Below, in pieces: positions 38,885 to 53,300 of a stretch of DNA of 64,000 bases. Every line of letters begins with the position of its first letter. Within the stretch, counting starts at the first letter, position 1. Position numbers and translations under genes: made by a program. The DNA is from Lama guanicoe (taxonomy: Eukaryota): the NCBI GenBank assembly GCA_013239625.1, contig MU054098.1, forward strand, positions 1,346,042 through 1,410,041, in the 5' to 3' direction. The notes below the pieces were generated by a model that saw only the letters and a program-made list of their open reading frames with translations, did not search any database and was not told the DNA's origin.

Positions 38885-40890
38885 CAACAAAACCCACAAC
38901 CTCCGGCTCAACTCCTGACAAGATTGACTCAACATTGCACAGTGTAGACCTAGCAGAGAAATAAGCAAGCCCATTTCCAGGAATAACTTCTATTTACATC
39001 AGCCTGTATTGTGGTACACATGATATTTAAAAATAATAAGACACCACAAAAGGAGGGAAAAGCTAACAAGTTTCAAAGCAATCAAAAAACCAGCTTCACA
39101 GATGAACATGTTTGCATTATGAAATAGAAATTTAAAAATAACTGATTAATTACAGTAAAGACTCTGGTGGAAAAGACAGACAATATGAATAGTTGTAGAA
39201 CTTCAGCAGAAGGATGGAAACTACATAAAACAGTCAAATAAAAATGCTGTACCTAAAACATGGTAATAGAGATAAAGAATGCTTTTGATGGTTCTCTAGG
39301 TAGGCTGAGACTAATTGAGGAAAATAAAACAATGAATTAGATGATAAGTCAACAGAAATTATCCAAATTGACAGACAAAGAAAAAAAATGAAACAAACAA
39401 ACAAAACTAACGAAAGAATGAAGCATCTCAGAGCTGTGGAAAAACATCAGTCTAACATCCAAGTAGTCAGAATCACAGAAGGAGAAGAGAGAATAGGGAA
39501 GAAGGAATATTTGAAGGAATAATGGCATGAAAGTTTCTTAAAATAATCATACCCTGGATCTAAGACGTTCAGAGAATTCCATGCAAACAAGAACAAGCCA
39601 AAAAAACATTATATTCAAAGTGCTTAAACCCAACAATTAAGAGAAAATATTGAAAATAGCCAGAAAAAAAGATGCAGTCTATACTGAAGAAAAAAAAAAG
39701 AATTCAACTAGATACTTCATCAGACATTATACAACTAAGAAGAGAATGCAATGGCATTTTTAAAACAATCAAAGAAAATCACCAACTTCAGTATCAAGTG
39801 AAATACCTTTTAAAAATGAAGGAAAAAATAAAGAATTTTTCATACCAGAAAGAAAAGCTTAGAGATTTTTATATAAACCAAAAAAAAAAGTTTAAAGAAG
39901 AATGGTAAAGAAGAATATATTAAAGCAAGTTCTCCAGGCATAAGGAATATATCAGAAAGTGGCTTGGATATACATATATACACAAAACAATGAATAACTG
40001 CAGATATAATTAAAATGAAGGTAAATATAATGGATATTGTAATTTAATACTCTAAAATATAACTGTATAAAAGAAACATAGTAGCAATATACTACATGTT
40101 TATAACACATGTAGAAATAAAATATGTAACAGTAGCACAAGACAGGAGAGGGAAGAATTGAGGCAGACATTTGTATAGTTCTTACAGTAAGCATGAAGTT
40201 CCAAATAGTATTTTTTGGAAGCAGGCTGAAATAAACTGAAAATGTATAAAATAAAGCTAGAAAAATCACTTATTTTTTAAAGAAGTAAAAATAACAAGCC
40301 AATAGTGGAAGCAAATGGGATAAGAAATAATGCAAAAGCAGGCAGAAAGAAAAGAAACAATAACAGAAAACAACTATCAATATGATAGACTTCAATCCAA
40401 ACATATCAATAATTACATTAATGTAAATAATCTAAACACATCAATGAAAAGGTAGATTGTCAGATTGGATATAAAGACAAGTCCCAAATACATGGCTGTC
40501 TATAAGAACCCTGCTTTAAATATGAAGACAAAGATACACTAAAAGTAAAATCATGGAAAAATATATGCCATGCAAACATTAATCAAAAGAAAGGAGGGTT
40601 ACATTAATATCAGACAAAGTAAACTTAAGAAAAAATACTACCAGGACTCAGGAAAGAATTACAACAAGAAGGAAATGTTTAAATATGTAGAAAAAATACA
40701 CTTCCAAATAATCTATAGATCAAATTTAAGTCACAAGGGGACTCAGAGAACATTAAGAATTGACTAAAAATGAACATAGGACATATTAAACTTTGCGGGA
40801 TATTACTTAGAAGCAGTGCTTAGAGGGAAATTTATAGCATTAAATACTGATTTTAAATTCTCAAATCAATGTTAAAAAAACTAGAAAAAA
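38885..40890 (+). mobile_element. Old LINE-1 late 5'UTR, ORF1 and ORF2 start, with deletions
   Basis: gagataaagaatgcttttgatgg; tcagagctgtggaaaaacatc; aatgtaaataatctaaacacatcaatgaaaagg; gcagtgcttagagggaaatttatagc. Confidence 0.8.
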
Positions 40891-41569
40891 ATCATAGTTA
40901 CGCTTTTTATTATTGATAATTGAGGTTTTTTTTCAATTTTAAAACCTGCTATTAGTGTTTTTACATAAAATTTTAGGGTTGTCGAATTTGTTAAGACTTT
41001 TATCAAATTTCATATATGATATGTATATTTGGGAGAATTTTCCAAAACCAGGTTCTGGGTTTGTACATTCAAATCTATATTCTCTACGATCCCTATTTTT
41101 CTGGTCTGTTTACCATAGGATACATTCATATCATAATATGATCTATGTTCTTAAACTTTTCTGTCATAATGCAAGATAAGTTAGTATGTGAGCTACAGAA
41201 GTGTACTTGAAAGCCATTCTTACACCAAGAATCCTAGAAATATCTTAAATATAGATGACAATAAGCAAGAACTGCAACTTCACATATCCTTTTATGGCTA
41301 AACTAAATGCATCCCTACCTCAACATTATTTTAACCTGATCACCAAAATGTCTGTGCTTTCTCCAAAGCTACATGAGGGAAAGAATGATGGTGAGGAATC
41401 TGAAGAACAAAGAAATGTGATCATGAAGAGTTACTATGTTGAACTCAGTAGTCCCCTCACCTCTGCCCCAGTGCAGCGGCTGAGCTCTCTCAGCCAAAAT
41501 CACCCTAATGGATTGCATTTCAGTGCTTAGGACACGGTAGGCTCCACTCAGAGCATGTTTGCCACCTGG

Positions 41570-41732
41570 ACACAGAAATAAAGCATGTTCAGAATCAGAT
41601 AACTCTGTTCCAACCCTGTCTCTGCTAATTGGGGCTGGTGATTTCACCTCTTTTGGCCTCACATTTCTCATTTGTAAAATGGAGGTAATTCTAGTCACTC
41701 TGCTGGCTTGCTGGGACCATAGAGAAAGATCA
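41570..41732 (+). mobile_element. MIR SINE fragment
   Basis: ttcacctcttttggcctcacatttctcatttgtaaaatggaggtaat (MIR core). The antisense ORF 41369-41797 reads ILQMRNVRPKEVKSPA. Confidence 0.8.
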
Positions 41733-43760
41733 AGAGGACTAATCAAGATGGTGGAGTAAGGGGGCATGAAGCTCACCTCCCCCAACAAACACATCAAAAC
41801 TACATCTACATCTATACTGAAAACTAAGTGGAAACTGGTAGAAAGACTCCTGTAGACCAGAGCTGTAAGGAAGATAACACATATAATCTAGTAGGATGGG
41901 AAGAAAAGCAATTGGGTCAGGATCTGTGTTCCTGTGAGGAGACTCAGAGATAAAGGGAGAAGACACAGGTGGAGACCCACCTTGAGGAGTGAGTGGTGAG
42001 AGTCAAGTTTGGAATCCCCAGGCCTGGAGTCTTACACAGAGGAGACAAGCCCCCTTGGCTGGTTGGAGAACCGCTGGAACTAAGAGGAAGGATATGGGAA
42101 GTCTAGACTCTGCTCATGAGGACCAGACCTGGGCTGGCTTACCTTCAAGGCAGGGCAGAGAGAGGTCTGCTCTAGGGCTGCTGGGTTTCCAACAACCACC
42201 TCAGTGTGTGCCCCAAGCCAAATCGAGTGAACGCTCTGGTTCTGTTCACTCCAAGTCACAGCAGAGCACTTGATCTGGGGCAGCCATGACCTGAGAGAAG
42301 ACACAACTGTGGGACAGAGAGGCAACTCAGTCTGAGGGCAGAGCCTGGGTGGGTGGCAGCAGCCCTTGTTGGCACTTGCTCAAATAACACCTTAGAATCA
42401 ACTCAGATCTCTGACACTGGTCAATTCACCACAGGTCACCTCCCAGTACATTCCAGGAGTCCACATGGGCCCCTCAAGCCCTACAATATGGCTCCAAAGC
42501 AGAGTGGGGGAGACTGGAAGCAGTGGCTGGCTGTTAGGACAAAGGGGAAAGGGGACTTGTACCTGAGGATGTGTCTAATCTGGACACATGGAGCTCCATG
42601 CTCCAACAATTTGGGATCAGATCCTGCCCGCAATAGGGCACTGATGGCCACTGAAAAAAGGGGAAGTCTAGTCCCACATCCCAGCACCACCTCTAGCCAC
42701 TCCAACCCCAGCCCCACCTACCTAGATGATGGCTACCAAGGTGATAGCTGCCAGTACACCTTGAGGAAATACATCCATTGATCCACATCAACCGAGATTT
42801 CCCACCAAAGGCATTGGGCACACGCAGTCTGTATAGGGATGCTCCCACATAAGAACGCTAATTCAAGACCACAATAGGTAACTGTTCCACCTAAATTCAG
42901 ATGCAGAGGAAGTCAAGCAAAATGAGAAGGCAAAAGAAGTGCTCTCAACTGAATGAAAAAGAGAAAAACCCTAAAAAATAAATAATGAAAAAGAAATAAA
43001 CGATTTCCCAAATAAAGAATTCAAAGCATTGGTAATAAAAATGTTAACTGAATTAGGGAAAAGAATAAATGTACACAGCAAAAATTTTACATGGAAATAG
43101 ATCATAAAACAAAAAACCAATGGGCAGAAGACCTAAACAAGCAATTCTCCAATGAAGACATATAAATGGCCAATAGGCACATGAAAAAATGCTCATCATC
43201 GCTAATGTCAGAGAAATGCAGATCAAAACCACAATGAGATATCACCTCACACCAGCCAGAATGGCCATCACTGAAAAGTCTACAAATGATAGATGCTGGA
43301 GAGGCTGTCGAGAAAAGGAAACCCTCCTACACTGTTGTTGGGAGTGGAGATTGGTGCAGACACTATGGAGGACAGTATAGAGGTTCTTTAAAAAACGGAA
43401 AATAGATTTACCATGTGATCCAGCAATCCCACTCCTGGGCATATACCCAGAGAAAAATTAAGTTCAAAAAGACACCTGCACCCCAATGATCACAGCAGCA
43501 CTATTTACAATAGCCAGTACTTGGAAACAACCCAATGCCCATCAACAGATGACTGGATAAAGATGTGGTACATATATACAATGGAACACTACTCAGCCAT
43601 AAAAAGAATACAGTAATGCCATTTGCAGAAATATGGATGGACCTGAAGATCGTGATTCTAAGTGAACTGGGCCAGAAAGAGAAGGAAAAATGTCATATGA
43701 CATCATTTACATGAGGAATCTAAAAAGTAATAACAATAATAAGGACACAGATGAACTACT
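41733..43760 (+). mobile_element. LINE-1 5'UTR plus ORF1 start fused to the ORF2 3' end
   Basis: 5' tip caagatggtggag (decayed YY1-site motif). GC-richer UTR to about 42900. ORF1 start near 42922. From about 43110 it is ORF2 C-terminal sequence ([19 protein letters not shown]). Confidence 0.85.
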
Positions 43761-44194
43761 TATTATTTATAACTAAGATGATTGATTTCTTGAATATGTG
43801 TAAGCACATTTGACTGTCCTTTATGACTGTACTACTGCATTCTGTTGATTCTTATTTTGTAGTTGGCTTTATTCCTTCGATAACTATGTAAGTTTACAAA
43901 GCTAAAGCTCTAATCTGCTCTTAGAAACAATAATCAGTACATATATATAAACTAAAAAATGTGCAGTATATTGTATATATGTATTTACATGCAATATAAT
44001 GTGTATGTGCAGTTGAACTGTAATAATTCTACCTGATAAAACTGAAAAAGGGGAAAAAAAAGGTTCCAAAGGGTGGAACCAGGTTTTGGAAGATCAGAGA
44101 GCAAGCCAAAGAATTTTCTCATTGTTCTGTAAGCAATTTTTTTTAAAAACAAACAATTAAAAAAACAACAACAACAAAACAAGGCAAAAAAAAT

Positions 44195-46288
44195 GCTATT
44201 CTACTTCACATGTAACACAGGTGCTTTGTAACAAAGTATTCCCAATTCCTCCCTCCCTACCTTGTGACACTGCTGTCATTCCTTTCATTTATCTATATTG
44301 TAAAAGTATTTAATACATTGCTATTAGTAATTTAAAGTCATATTTTAGATCATTTAAGAATAAGAAAACTAAAAGATTGTATTTTACCTTCATTTATTCC
44401 TTCTCCAATACTTTTCCTTTCTTTATATAAATCCAACTTTCCAATCTATATCATTTCTTTTCTGCTTGAAGAAAATATTTTAACATTTTTGCAGAGCAAG
44501 CTTACTGGTAATGAATTCTTTGTTTTTGTTTATCTGTGTGTCTGTATTTCACCATCATTTACAATAATTATCTCACTGGAATTCTTGGTTGGTAGTTTGT
44601 TTCTTTCAACACTTTAATTATTCTACTCTTTTTGTTTTCTTAGTCTCTAGTGAGAAGCCTTCTATAATTCTTCTTCTTATATAAATATTGTATGCCCTCC
44701 TCCCCCTCACCGCAACCAACTTCTTTCAAGTTATTCTCTTTGTATTTGCTTTTCTGAGTTTTGAATACGGCATATCTATGTCTAGTACTTTTGGTATTTA
44801 TTCTGCTTGGTGTTCTCTGAGATTTTTTGGTCTTCGGTTTGGCATCTATTATTAATTTTGGATACTTCTTTGTTACAATTATGTCAAATAGTTCTTCTGC
44901 TATATTCTCTCTTCTCATTTTGGCATTCTAGTTATGAATATGTCATATCTTTTGAAAATGTGTCACATGTCTTGGTTGTTCTGTTTCTTAATTCTTTTTT
45001 TATTTGTATTTCAGTTTGGGAAGTTTCTATTGACATATTTTAAAGCACACTGATTATTTCCTCAGCTGTTTCCAGTCTACTGATGAGCTCATCAAAGGCA
45101 TTATTCATTTCTGTTTGAGTGCTTTTGATTTCTAGCATTTTCTTTGGATTCTCTCAGATTTTATGTCTCTGCTTACATTATCCATCTGTTCTTGGATGCT
45201 GCCTATTTTTTTCATTACAGCCTTTAACATATTAATCATAAGTATTTAAAATTCTCCATATGATAATTTCAACATCTCTGCCATATCTGAATCTAGTTCT
45301 GATGCTTACTTTGCCTCTTCAAACCATGTTCTTACTTGCCGTTCAATATGCCTTTTAGTTTTCTGTTGAAAGCTGGGCCTGATGCATTAAGCAACAGTAA
45401 CTGAGGTAAACAAGCTTCGAGTGTGAATATTGGTGGTAATGTGACTAGAAATTGCACTTTAATATTTAGTGTAGCTATAGGTGTTGAATTCCTCTAGTGT
45501 CCTTATTTTCATCACTCCTCTTGCCTTGGTGTTTCCTAAGTACTCTTCCTTATAGAGATTCTGCATCTTTCAGCGCTTTCAGCTCTAATCCACTATCATC
45601 ATACTAGACCCCAGCAGCATATGGTGGTATGGTATGGGGAGGTGGAAGAATTCCATAATTTTGCAGTTCAATCTCAGTTTTTAGTGGGCCTGTGTCTTTG
45701 GCCTATGATCTTTGTGTTTTTTATTGTGTAAAATATTTTAATTATATTTCTTCCACCACCAACTATAAATGAGACAGGAAAGCATTTTTTCCAATGGCTC
45801 TGAGACAAGATTCTGGAAAAGTCTTTACACCTGGAGAGTAAGCCTTTGTTATAGAGAAAGCTCTGAGGCATTTTAGTAGGATTACTCCTTCCTTCTTTCC
45901 TCCAGAGCCTTGAGGAAATCTTCCTTGGATATTGACGGGGAGCCATAAAGCTCACAAAAGTGTGGGGCCTCTCTAAGACTGCAGCTAAAAGAAGTTGCTC
46001 ATTCTCACACTATACCACAGTCAGCCTCTAGCAAGTCATCCGAATTACCACCTAAGTGTTCCTCTGAGTTTATGGCTATGGCAGCTTTCACTCCAGGTAA
46101 GCAGATCTTGGCTTTAACTCTCTGGAATCATCTGTCACTCCAGGTTTTGGGCTGGCATTTGCTCTGCAAATTCAGTTTTATGGTAAGTCCAAGAAATGTA
46201 ATTCATTTGAAGTTTTTCTAGCATTTTCTTGTTATAGAACAATGAATTCTAAGCTTTTTGCATATTACAGCTGAAACCAGAAGTCTCC
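44195..46288 (-). mobile_element. Antisense old LINE-1 5' end, ORF1 and inter-ORF region
   Basis: ORF 44640-44918 (AEELFDIIVTKKYPKL...SQRTPSRINTK) is ORF1-like. The minus strand starts GGAGACTTCTGGTTTCAGC. Confidence 0.8.
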
Positions 46289-47372
46289 CTGAGGTCAATT
46301 TTAACACCAATTTAATGAAACAACATCATCATCTGTAACTGGCTACTTTGATATTTGATTGCCCCAAATCCATTTATTGCAGATAGTGGGGACTAGAATG
46401 ATATCCTTAATTCAATTGTCTCATTTCTCCCTTATCTTCCTCCCTTCTGGTATGTATATTAATAACTCCATCTAGTTTGAGATTTCAATCTCTATTAAAC
46501 TAAGCAGTATAATGCAATCTATAATATGCTAAAAATGTTAGCACCAGTGACTGACTTAATTATACATATTTAATAAAATATCCGTATTTTATTATGAATT
46601 CTATTCACTACAGTACAACATATAATTATACCTAAGGAGAAAAATTATAATTATAAAATTATTTGTAAATTCCACAAATTGACTCTTCTATTTACTAATA
46701 TTTTTATCATTGCAACAAATATGATAAAGCTGATGATTCCTGTTCATTTTTCTAGTTTCAATTCTCCTACATTAAATTATGTTAATTACCTTATTTTGTA
46801 TTTACTTTTGAAATTTATAAAATTAATCACATTAGAATTTGTCCAATTTATATGAAATAAAATGTTTTGAAGAAAGAACACTAATAACTCAGCTATAGAA
46901 TCAATGACAATGTTTTATCTAATATAGGTAAAGAACAGGACAGGTGAAATTTTATCCCACTGGTTTTTCAGGCCTTGTGCCAAAAATTTGCACACAGATA
47001 TGGGTAGAGGTAGAATTTCTTTCATTTTAGTGATGGCAAAAGGTCACAATCAATTATAATACTTCTAGTCCTAAGATGTATAATTGATGGCATAAAAGTT
47101 TCAAAAAATATATAAGAATGAACTCAAAACATAACAAGAGCAGGCAGCTGTCTTAAATATGAAATTAGAGTACTTCAAAAAATGCACAAAATATCTCTAT
47201 TCATCCATTGCAAACTTACTACCACTGATTTTAGGGATTTTATTGTAGAGAATCACATGTGAAATATATATATAATTTGGCCATGAAATGGATATTGCTA
47301 AGCCACTACCTTCTTGATTCTTTTCCCAGGGCTATGATCTGTATAAGATGGTAGGACAGTGCTATTTGTTAT

Positions 47373-47855
47373 AGAACAGTATTGTTATCTATAGTCATCA
47401 TGCTATATATTGTATCTCTAAAACTTACTCCTCTTTCATAAGTAAAATTTTGTAGTCATTGACCAAGAATTCCACATTTCTTCAAATATCTTCTCCTGTA
47501 GAGTGGGTTGTCTTTTCATCTTGTCAATGGTTTACTTTGCTGTGTGTTTGTAAAAACTTTTAAGTTTAAGTAGGCACTGTTTGTGTTTGCTTTTATTTCC
47601 TTTGCTTTAGGAGATGGATACAAAAAATATTCCTGCAATTTATGTCAAAGTGTGTTCTGCCTAGGTTTTCCTCTTGGAATCTTATAATACCTGGTCTTAC
47701 ATTTAGGTCTTTCATCCATATTGCGTTTATTTTTGTGTATGGTGTTAGAAAATATTCTTATTATTTTACATGTAGCTGTCCAGTTTTCCCAGTGCCAATT
47801 ATTGAAGAGACTGTCTTTTCTTCATTGTATATTCTTGCCTGCTTTGTCACAGACT
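47373..47855 (-). mobile_element. Antisense L1 pieces (3'UTR fragment 47373-47480; ORF2 fragment 47483-47855)
   Basis: caaatatcttctcc...tatgtcaaagtgtgttctgcctagg...ccagttttcccagtgccaattattgaagagactgtc. Confidence 0.8.
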
Positions 47856-48738
47856 AGTTGGTTAATATCCAACATGTATAAACATTTCATACAAGCCAAC
47901 CCCCCAAAAAAATCCAATTAAAACCTGGGCAGAAGTGAATACATTTTCACAAAGGGGAAATACAGATGGCCAACAGGCACATGAAAAGACACCCAACATT
48001 GCTAATCATCAGGGAAATACAAATCAAAACCACAATGAGATATCACCTCACACGGGTCAAAATGGCCATCATCAAAAATAACACAAATAACAAATGCTGA
48101 CGAGGATGTGGAGAAAAGGGAACCTGCATACACTGTTGGTGGGAATGTAAATTAGTGCGGCCACTGTGGAAAACAGTATGGAAAAAACTAAAAATAGAAC
48201 TACCATATGACTCAGCAATTCCACTCCTGGGTATATATCTGAAAAAAACAAAAACACTAATTTGAAAAGACACATGCAACCCAATGTTCATAGCAGCATT
48301 TATAATTGCCAAGCTATGGAAGCAACCTAAGGGGTCATCAACAGATAAATGGATAAAGAAGATGTGGTATATATACAGTGGAATAGTACTCAGCCACAAA
48401 AAGAAACAAAATTTTTTGCCATTTGCAGCAACACGGATGGACTTGGAGGGCATTATGCTAAGTGAAGTAAACCAGATAGAGAAAGACAAATACTGTATGC
48501 TATCACTTATATGTGGAATCTAAAAAATACAGCAAACCAGTGAATAAAACAAAAAAAAAGGAAGCAGACTCACAGATATAGAGAACAAACTAGGGGTTAC
48601 CAGTGGGGGGACAGGGCAGTATAGGGGTAGGAGGGAAAATGGGTTATTACAGGATTATATGAAGTCATCTATTTGAAACTTTTGAAAATTGTAAAAAACT
48701 ATAGAATTTAAAGAATCTCTCATTTCTAAAAAGAAAAA
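47856..48738 (+). mobile_element. Lineage-specific L1 3' end
   Basis: ORF2 C-terminus ([26 protein letters not shown]), 3'UTR and A-rich end. Confidence 0.9.
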
Positions 48739-48975
48739 TAAGGCCATTAATGTGGGACCCTTAAGAACAGGAAGGGACACCAGAAGTGTGTGTGCACAGA
48801 GGGAAACATGGAAAACATGGAAAGAGGCAGCAAGAGGGGAGTCATCTGCAAGCCAAGGAGCCAGGCTTCAGAAGAAACCAAACCTGCTGGCAACTTGATA
48901 GTAAGACTGCCAGCCTGTAGAAATGTGAGAAAATAAATTTCTGTTATTTAAGAAACCCAGTCTATGGTATTTGTT
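48739..48975 (+). mobile_element. MLT1B/C-like MaLR LTR fragment
   Basis: catctgcaagccaaggagccaggcttcagaagaaaccaaacctgctgg...gtgagaaaataaatttctgttatttaag. Confidence 0.8.
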
Positions 48976-49941
48976 GAATTACTTAGGGACTATCCCATAA
49001 ATCGTGGTAGTAATTTTTACCATTGGCCAACCAAAAGGTACCTTGGATATTATAGGTGGTTTAAGCATCCTTCCAAGAGAGGTACAGTTTCATGTATTTT
49101 TGGTTGTTTGTCTTTTGTTGAGCAAAAATTAACCTTCGTGTATGATTAATGCACTTTTATCCTTTGGTAATTGTGACATGAGAGAATCAAAATTCACTAA
49201 GCACCCAAACATTCACACAGATGTTTTTATTCTTAGAGATTAAAAAAATTAACTGGAAGAGTAATCCTGGAGGTTTCTAGAATATGTTTAAATAATTTGA
49301 TTATCTATTTCAAGGAATGAAATTAGTGAAATAATGTCCTAGTATCAGTGTACTTTATTAGAAAGAACTTTTAGGAACATGAGGCATTAGATAAAGGTTT
49401 CAGATGAAAGAACAGATAACCTTAGGTGGACTAGTCTCATGTATGGGTAAGTTCCTGTGTGAGTCATGGCCCATTTATTAAATGAAGTAATTATGTGCTA
49501 TAAACATGGGGTGGATTTATAAAAAGAGTCTTGACTCTAAATTTTATCAATTAGAAGCATCCTTATAATTTGGTTGCATAAAAGTATAGTTTATATGCTT
49601 AAATAAGGCCCTGAGCCGCCTTATGATCTGTCAATCAAGTAAGAAAATTGAGTAAGTCTGGGCTCTTGAGAAAAAATACCAGTAAAAGGCAATTTACACA
49701 CACTTGTGAAAATGCAGGCTTTCAGGTCCATTAATTCTTCCTCCATGGGCTGATGACTACAATAAACTAGAGATGAATCAATTTAAACAAAAGGGAATTT
49801 TTGTTGAAAATAGGAGTAAAAACAAAATGCTTAATAATGAACATATGATTATTTTCCCCATTTATTGTCACTAAGTCTTGGTATCTGAAGTCTAACATAC
49901 AGAATCATACATTTAGAAAGGACACTAAAAATTATTCAGCT

Positions 49942-50117
49942 CAGTTGTTCCCAATAAGAGGATCGTCTACACCAGAATTCCTGAGCACTTTTAAAAATAA
50001 AGACCTGCCAGTTGCACCTCACACCCACTGAATCAGACTTTCTGGGTGCAGGGCCCTTGTATCTGAATTTTAAGCCAGCATCACAATTCTGATTGGAATC
50101 CAGGTTAAGAACAACTG
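49942..50117. mobile_element. MER5A-like hAT-Charlie MITE
   Basis: Terminal inverted repeats CAGTTGTTC (49942-49950) / GAACAACTG (50109-50117). Core actgaatcagactttctgggtgcagggcc. Confidence 0.85.
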
Positions 50118-50159
50118 GTTTAGTCTAACCACCAACACAATTTTAAAATGTCTTCTATA

Positions 50160-50342
50160 ACAAAGTTGGCAAATTGTTTCTGTAAATGGCCAGACAACAA
50201 ACATTTTAGACTTTGTAGGCCATATGATCTCCATCATGAGTGCTCAGCTCTGCCATTATAACATGAAATAATACACGGACAATATGTAAATGAATAAGCA
50301 TGGCTGTGTTCCAATACAAAAATTACTTACAAGAACAGACGG
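50160..50342 (+). mobile_element. MER58A-like hAT MITE, truncated by the following L1
   Basis: ttggcaaattgtttctgtaaatggccaga...ttagactttgtaggccatatg...catggctgtgttccaata. Confidence 0.85.
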
Positions 50343-53300
50343 AGAGAGGTCAGCAAAAATGGTGGAGGAAAAAAAACTCTGAAAAATCTCCCCTTCATAA
50401 AAGCAATGAAAAAATAGACAAAAACAGAATCAATTTTCTTAGAGCTATGGAAATTCACCAAAATCTTGCAGCAATGTGAAGAACATCTATTCAAGGAAAT
50501 TTTTTTTTTAAAAAAGCTGTGTCTCAGTAAGTAGAGCAAGCTTTGTGGATTTCAACTTACCTTAATTCCATTTTTCCCTCCCCTCAAACTCCACAGTGGT
50601 TTTGAAAGCAAGCAGCCTCATAGTCACCAGAGGTGGCACAATGGAGCTGGAGCCCCTTCAAAACCTCATTCCCAGAGAATTATCAGTATTCGACTTGTCT
50701 GGTTGTTCCCTGGAAGACCTCATGTACAAAGCTGCTTTTATGTGACCAGACATGGAGCTTGCCCAGCATAAAAAGAGTTTTCCCTGGGGACATAAAAATT
50801 GCCAAAAAAAAAAAAAAGAGAGAGAGATAAAAATTAGAGGAAACTGATTAACTTTGTAGCTGTCAGAAGTAGGCTATCCAAAAAGCCTAAAGTAAAAATC
50901 TAGGAATTAAGATATCCAAGGAAGCTTTGAAAAGCTCAGAGGAATCCCTGGGAAAGTAGATGTTCATGTGTATAGCTGTGCATATGTCCAGGGCGGTAAG
51001 CACGTTTAAGAAAGACATGAGAAGGCCTCAAGCTTTCACCTCTGGCTAATTTTGAGACTTTATACCAGCAGGAAGTAAAATATGAATTTTGGAGGAATAC
51101 AATAGATCAGAGTTTTCAATTACTTGACTGAGTGTTGAATGTGGGCCTGAACATACACAAAGAGATCATTGGAAAGGACTGGGAGAATTGTTGGTTCCAC
51201 ATAACCACTAAGTTAATTGAGCAGAAACTTAAAAGTGGTCAAACATGACAAAGACTTCATGGAATTAGTTTAGAAAAGTAACTAAACAACAACAAACCAG
51301 CAATATCAACAAACCCTGGATAGGGAGGAGAATCTGATTACCAAATTATTATTACTGAAAAAATTCAGTTTTCAACAAAAAAAAAATCATGAGATGAGCA
51401 AGGAAACAAGAAAGAATGGTCCACCTACAGGGAAAACGCAATTAATAGAAACTCCTTCTGAGAGTGCCCAGACATTGTACTTATTACACAAAGAGTTTAA
51501 ATCAGCTATTTTAAACATGTCTAAAGAACTAAAGGAAACCATGTCTACAAAATGAATAAAAAATACGAGGATGATGCCTAACCAAATTGAGAATATCAAT
51601 AAACATCAATTATAAAAAATAAACAAATTCTTGAGTTGTGAAAAATTCTCTACAGGGGTTCAAAAGCAAATTTGATAGGGCAGAAAAAAAGATAAGCAAA
51701 CTTGAAGAAAATCAGGATGAAATGAAAAGATGCTAGACAGTATCTTGAATCCATGTGAATAAATGGGGAGCGCTGATAAAGGTAACTATAGGTAAAAAAT
51801 AGAGGCAATATAAATATATTTTTTCCTTGAAACATTTTTTTCTGTTATCTGATATAAAAGATAACTGCATAAACGATTACTTACAAATATATACTGATAG
51901 ACACACAATGTATAGAGAATTTCTGAGAGTAATAGCACGAAGAAGGGCAGTGGAAATGGAGATATAAAAAGAAAAATTCTTCTACATGAAATTAAATTGA
52001 TATTAATCTGACATGAATTATTATGAGTTAAGATGTTGATTGTAATGCCCAGAGAAATTACAAAAATAAATTTTAAAACATACTAAAACAAATAAGGAAA
52101 TTAAAATAATGTACTTTGAAGTATCCAACAGGAAATAGTAAGAATAGAGTAACAAAAAGACATAGAAAACAAACATCAGAATGGAAGATGTAAATCCTAT
52201 TTATCAATAAATGCATTAATTGTAAATGAATTAAAGTCCAGTTAAAAGGCAAAAGTTGAAAGAATGAAAATTTTAAAAGTATTATCTGCCTTCTATATGA
52301 GACACACTTAAGACTCAGAGGCAAAATAGGTTGAAAGTAAAAGGAGGGAAAATTATATACCATGGAAACAGTAGCCAGAAGAGACCTGAAATGCCTGTAC
52401 TAATATGAGACAAAATAGACTTTAAGACCAAAAATTGTTACTGAGATAATCAGCAGCATTTGATAATGATAAAAGGGTCAGCTCATCAAAAAGATATAAT
52501 TATAAACAAGCTTAAATACATGCTTAAATACAGAGCTCTAAAATGCATAAGATGAAAGCTGACAGATTTGAAGGGGGAAATAGACAATTCATCATAACAG
52601 TTGGATACTTCAATATCCCACTTATAATAATGAATAGAACAACTAGATGGAAGAGCAATGAGGATATAAAGATGTGAGCAAGAATATAAAGCAAGCAGGC
52701 CTAACAGATGTCTATAGACTACTCCAACTAAAAGCAGCAAAATGTACATTCTTCTCAAGTACACATGGAACATTCACAAGAATGGACCATATGTGAGACC
52801 ATGAAACAATTTTCAATAAAGTTTAAAATAACTGAAACCATTCAAATTATTCTCTGATTATAATGGAATGAAATTAGAAATCAAACCACAAATATGCAGA
52901 AATTAAACAACATATCCCCATATAACCAATAGGTCAAATTCAAACCACAAAGGGAAGTAGAAAATATTTTGAGATAAATGAAAACAAATATGCAACATAA
53001 AATGTATGGAATATAGCTACAGCAGTGCTTAGAGGAAAAATTTTAGCTGAAAATATCTACATTAAAAAAAGAAGAAAGATCTTGAATCAATAACCTAACG
53101 TCCTGCCTTAAGACATTAGAAAATAAAGAGCTAACTAGACACAAAGCAGAGGAAGGATATAATAAATATTAGAGTGGAAGTAAATGAGAAAGAAGAGAAA
53201 AACAATAAAGAAAGCCAACAATCGAAAATACGGTTCTTTGAATCAAGAAGAATTTAAATAGACACATATCAAGTAAAAAGATTAAATTATTTATCAAAAA

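Noticed and set aside
41255..41530. 91-aa ORF in unique sequence
   Set aside because: No recognisable domain. A possible AG...GTGAGG micro-exon (about 41369-41390) has no supporting partner exons.
42353..42781. 142-aa ORF
   Set aside because: It lies within an L1 5'UTR. The higher GC content there explains the chance open frame.
48043..48489. 148-aa minus-strand ORF
   Set aside because: It is the antisense reading of the L1 ORF2 3' end, a common spurious ORF.
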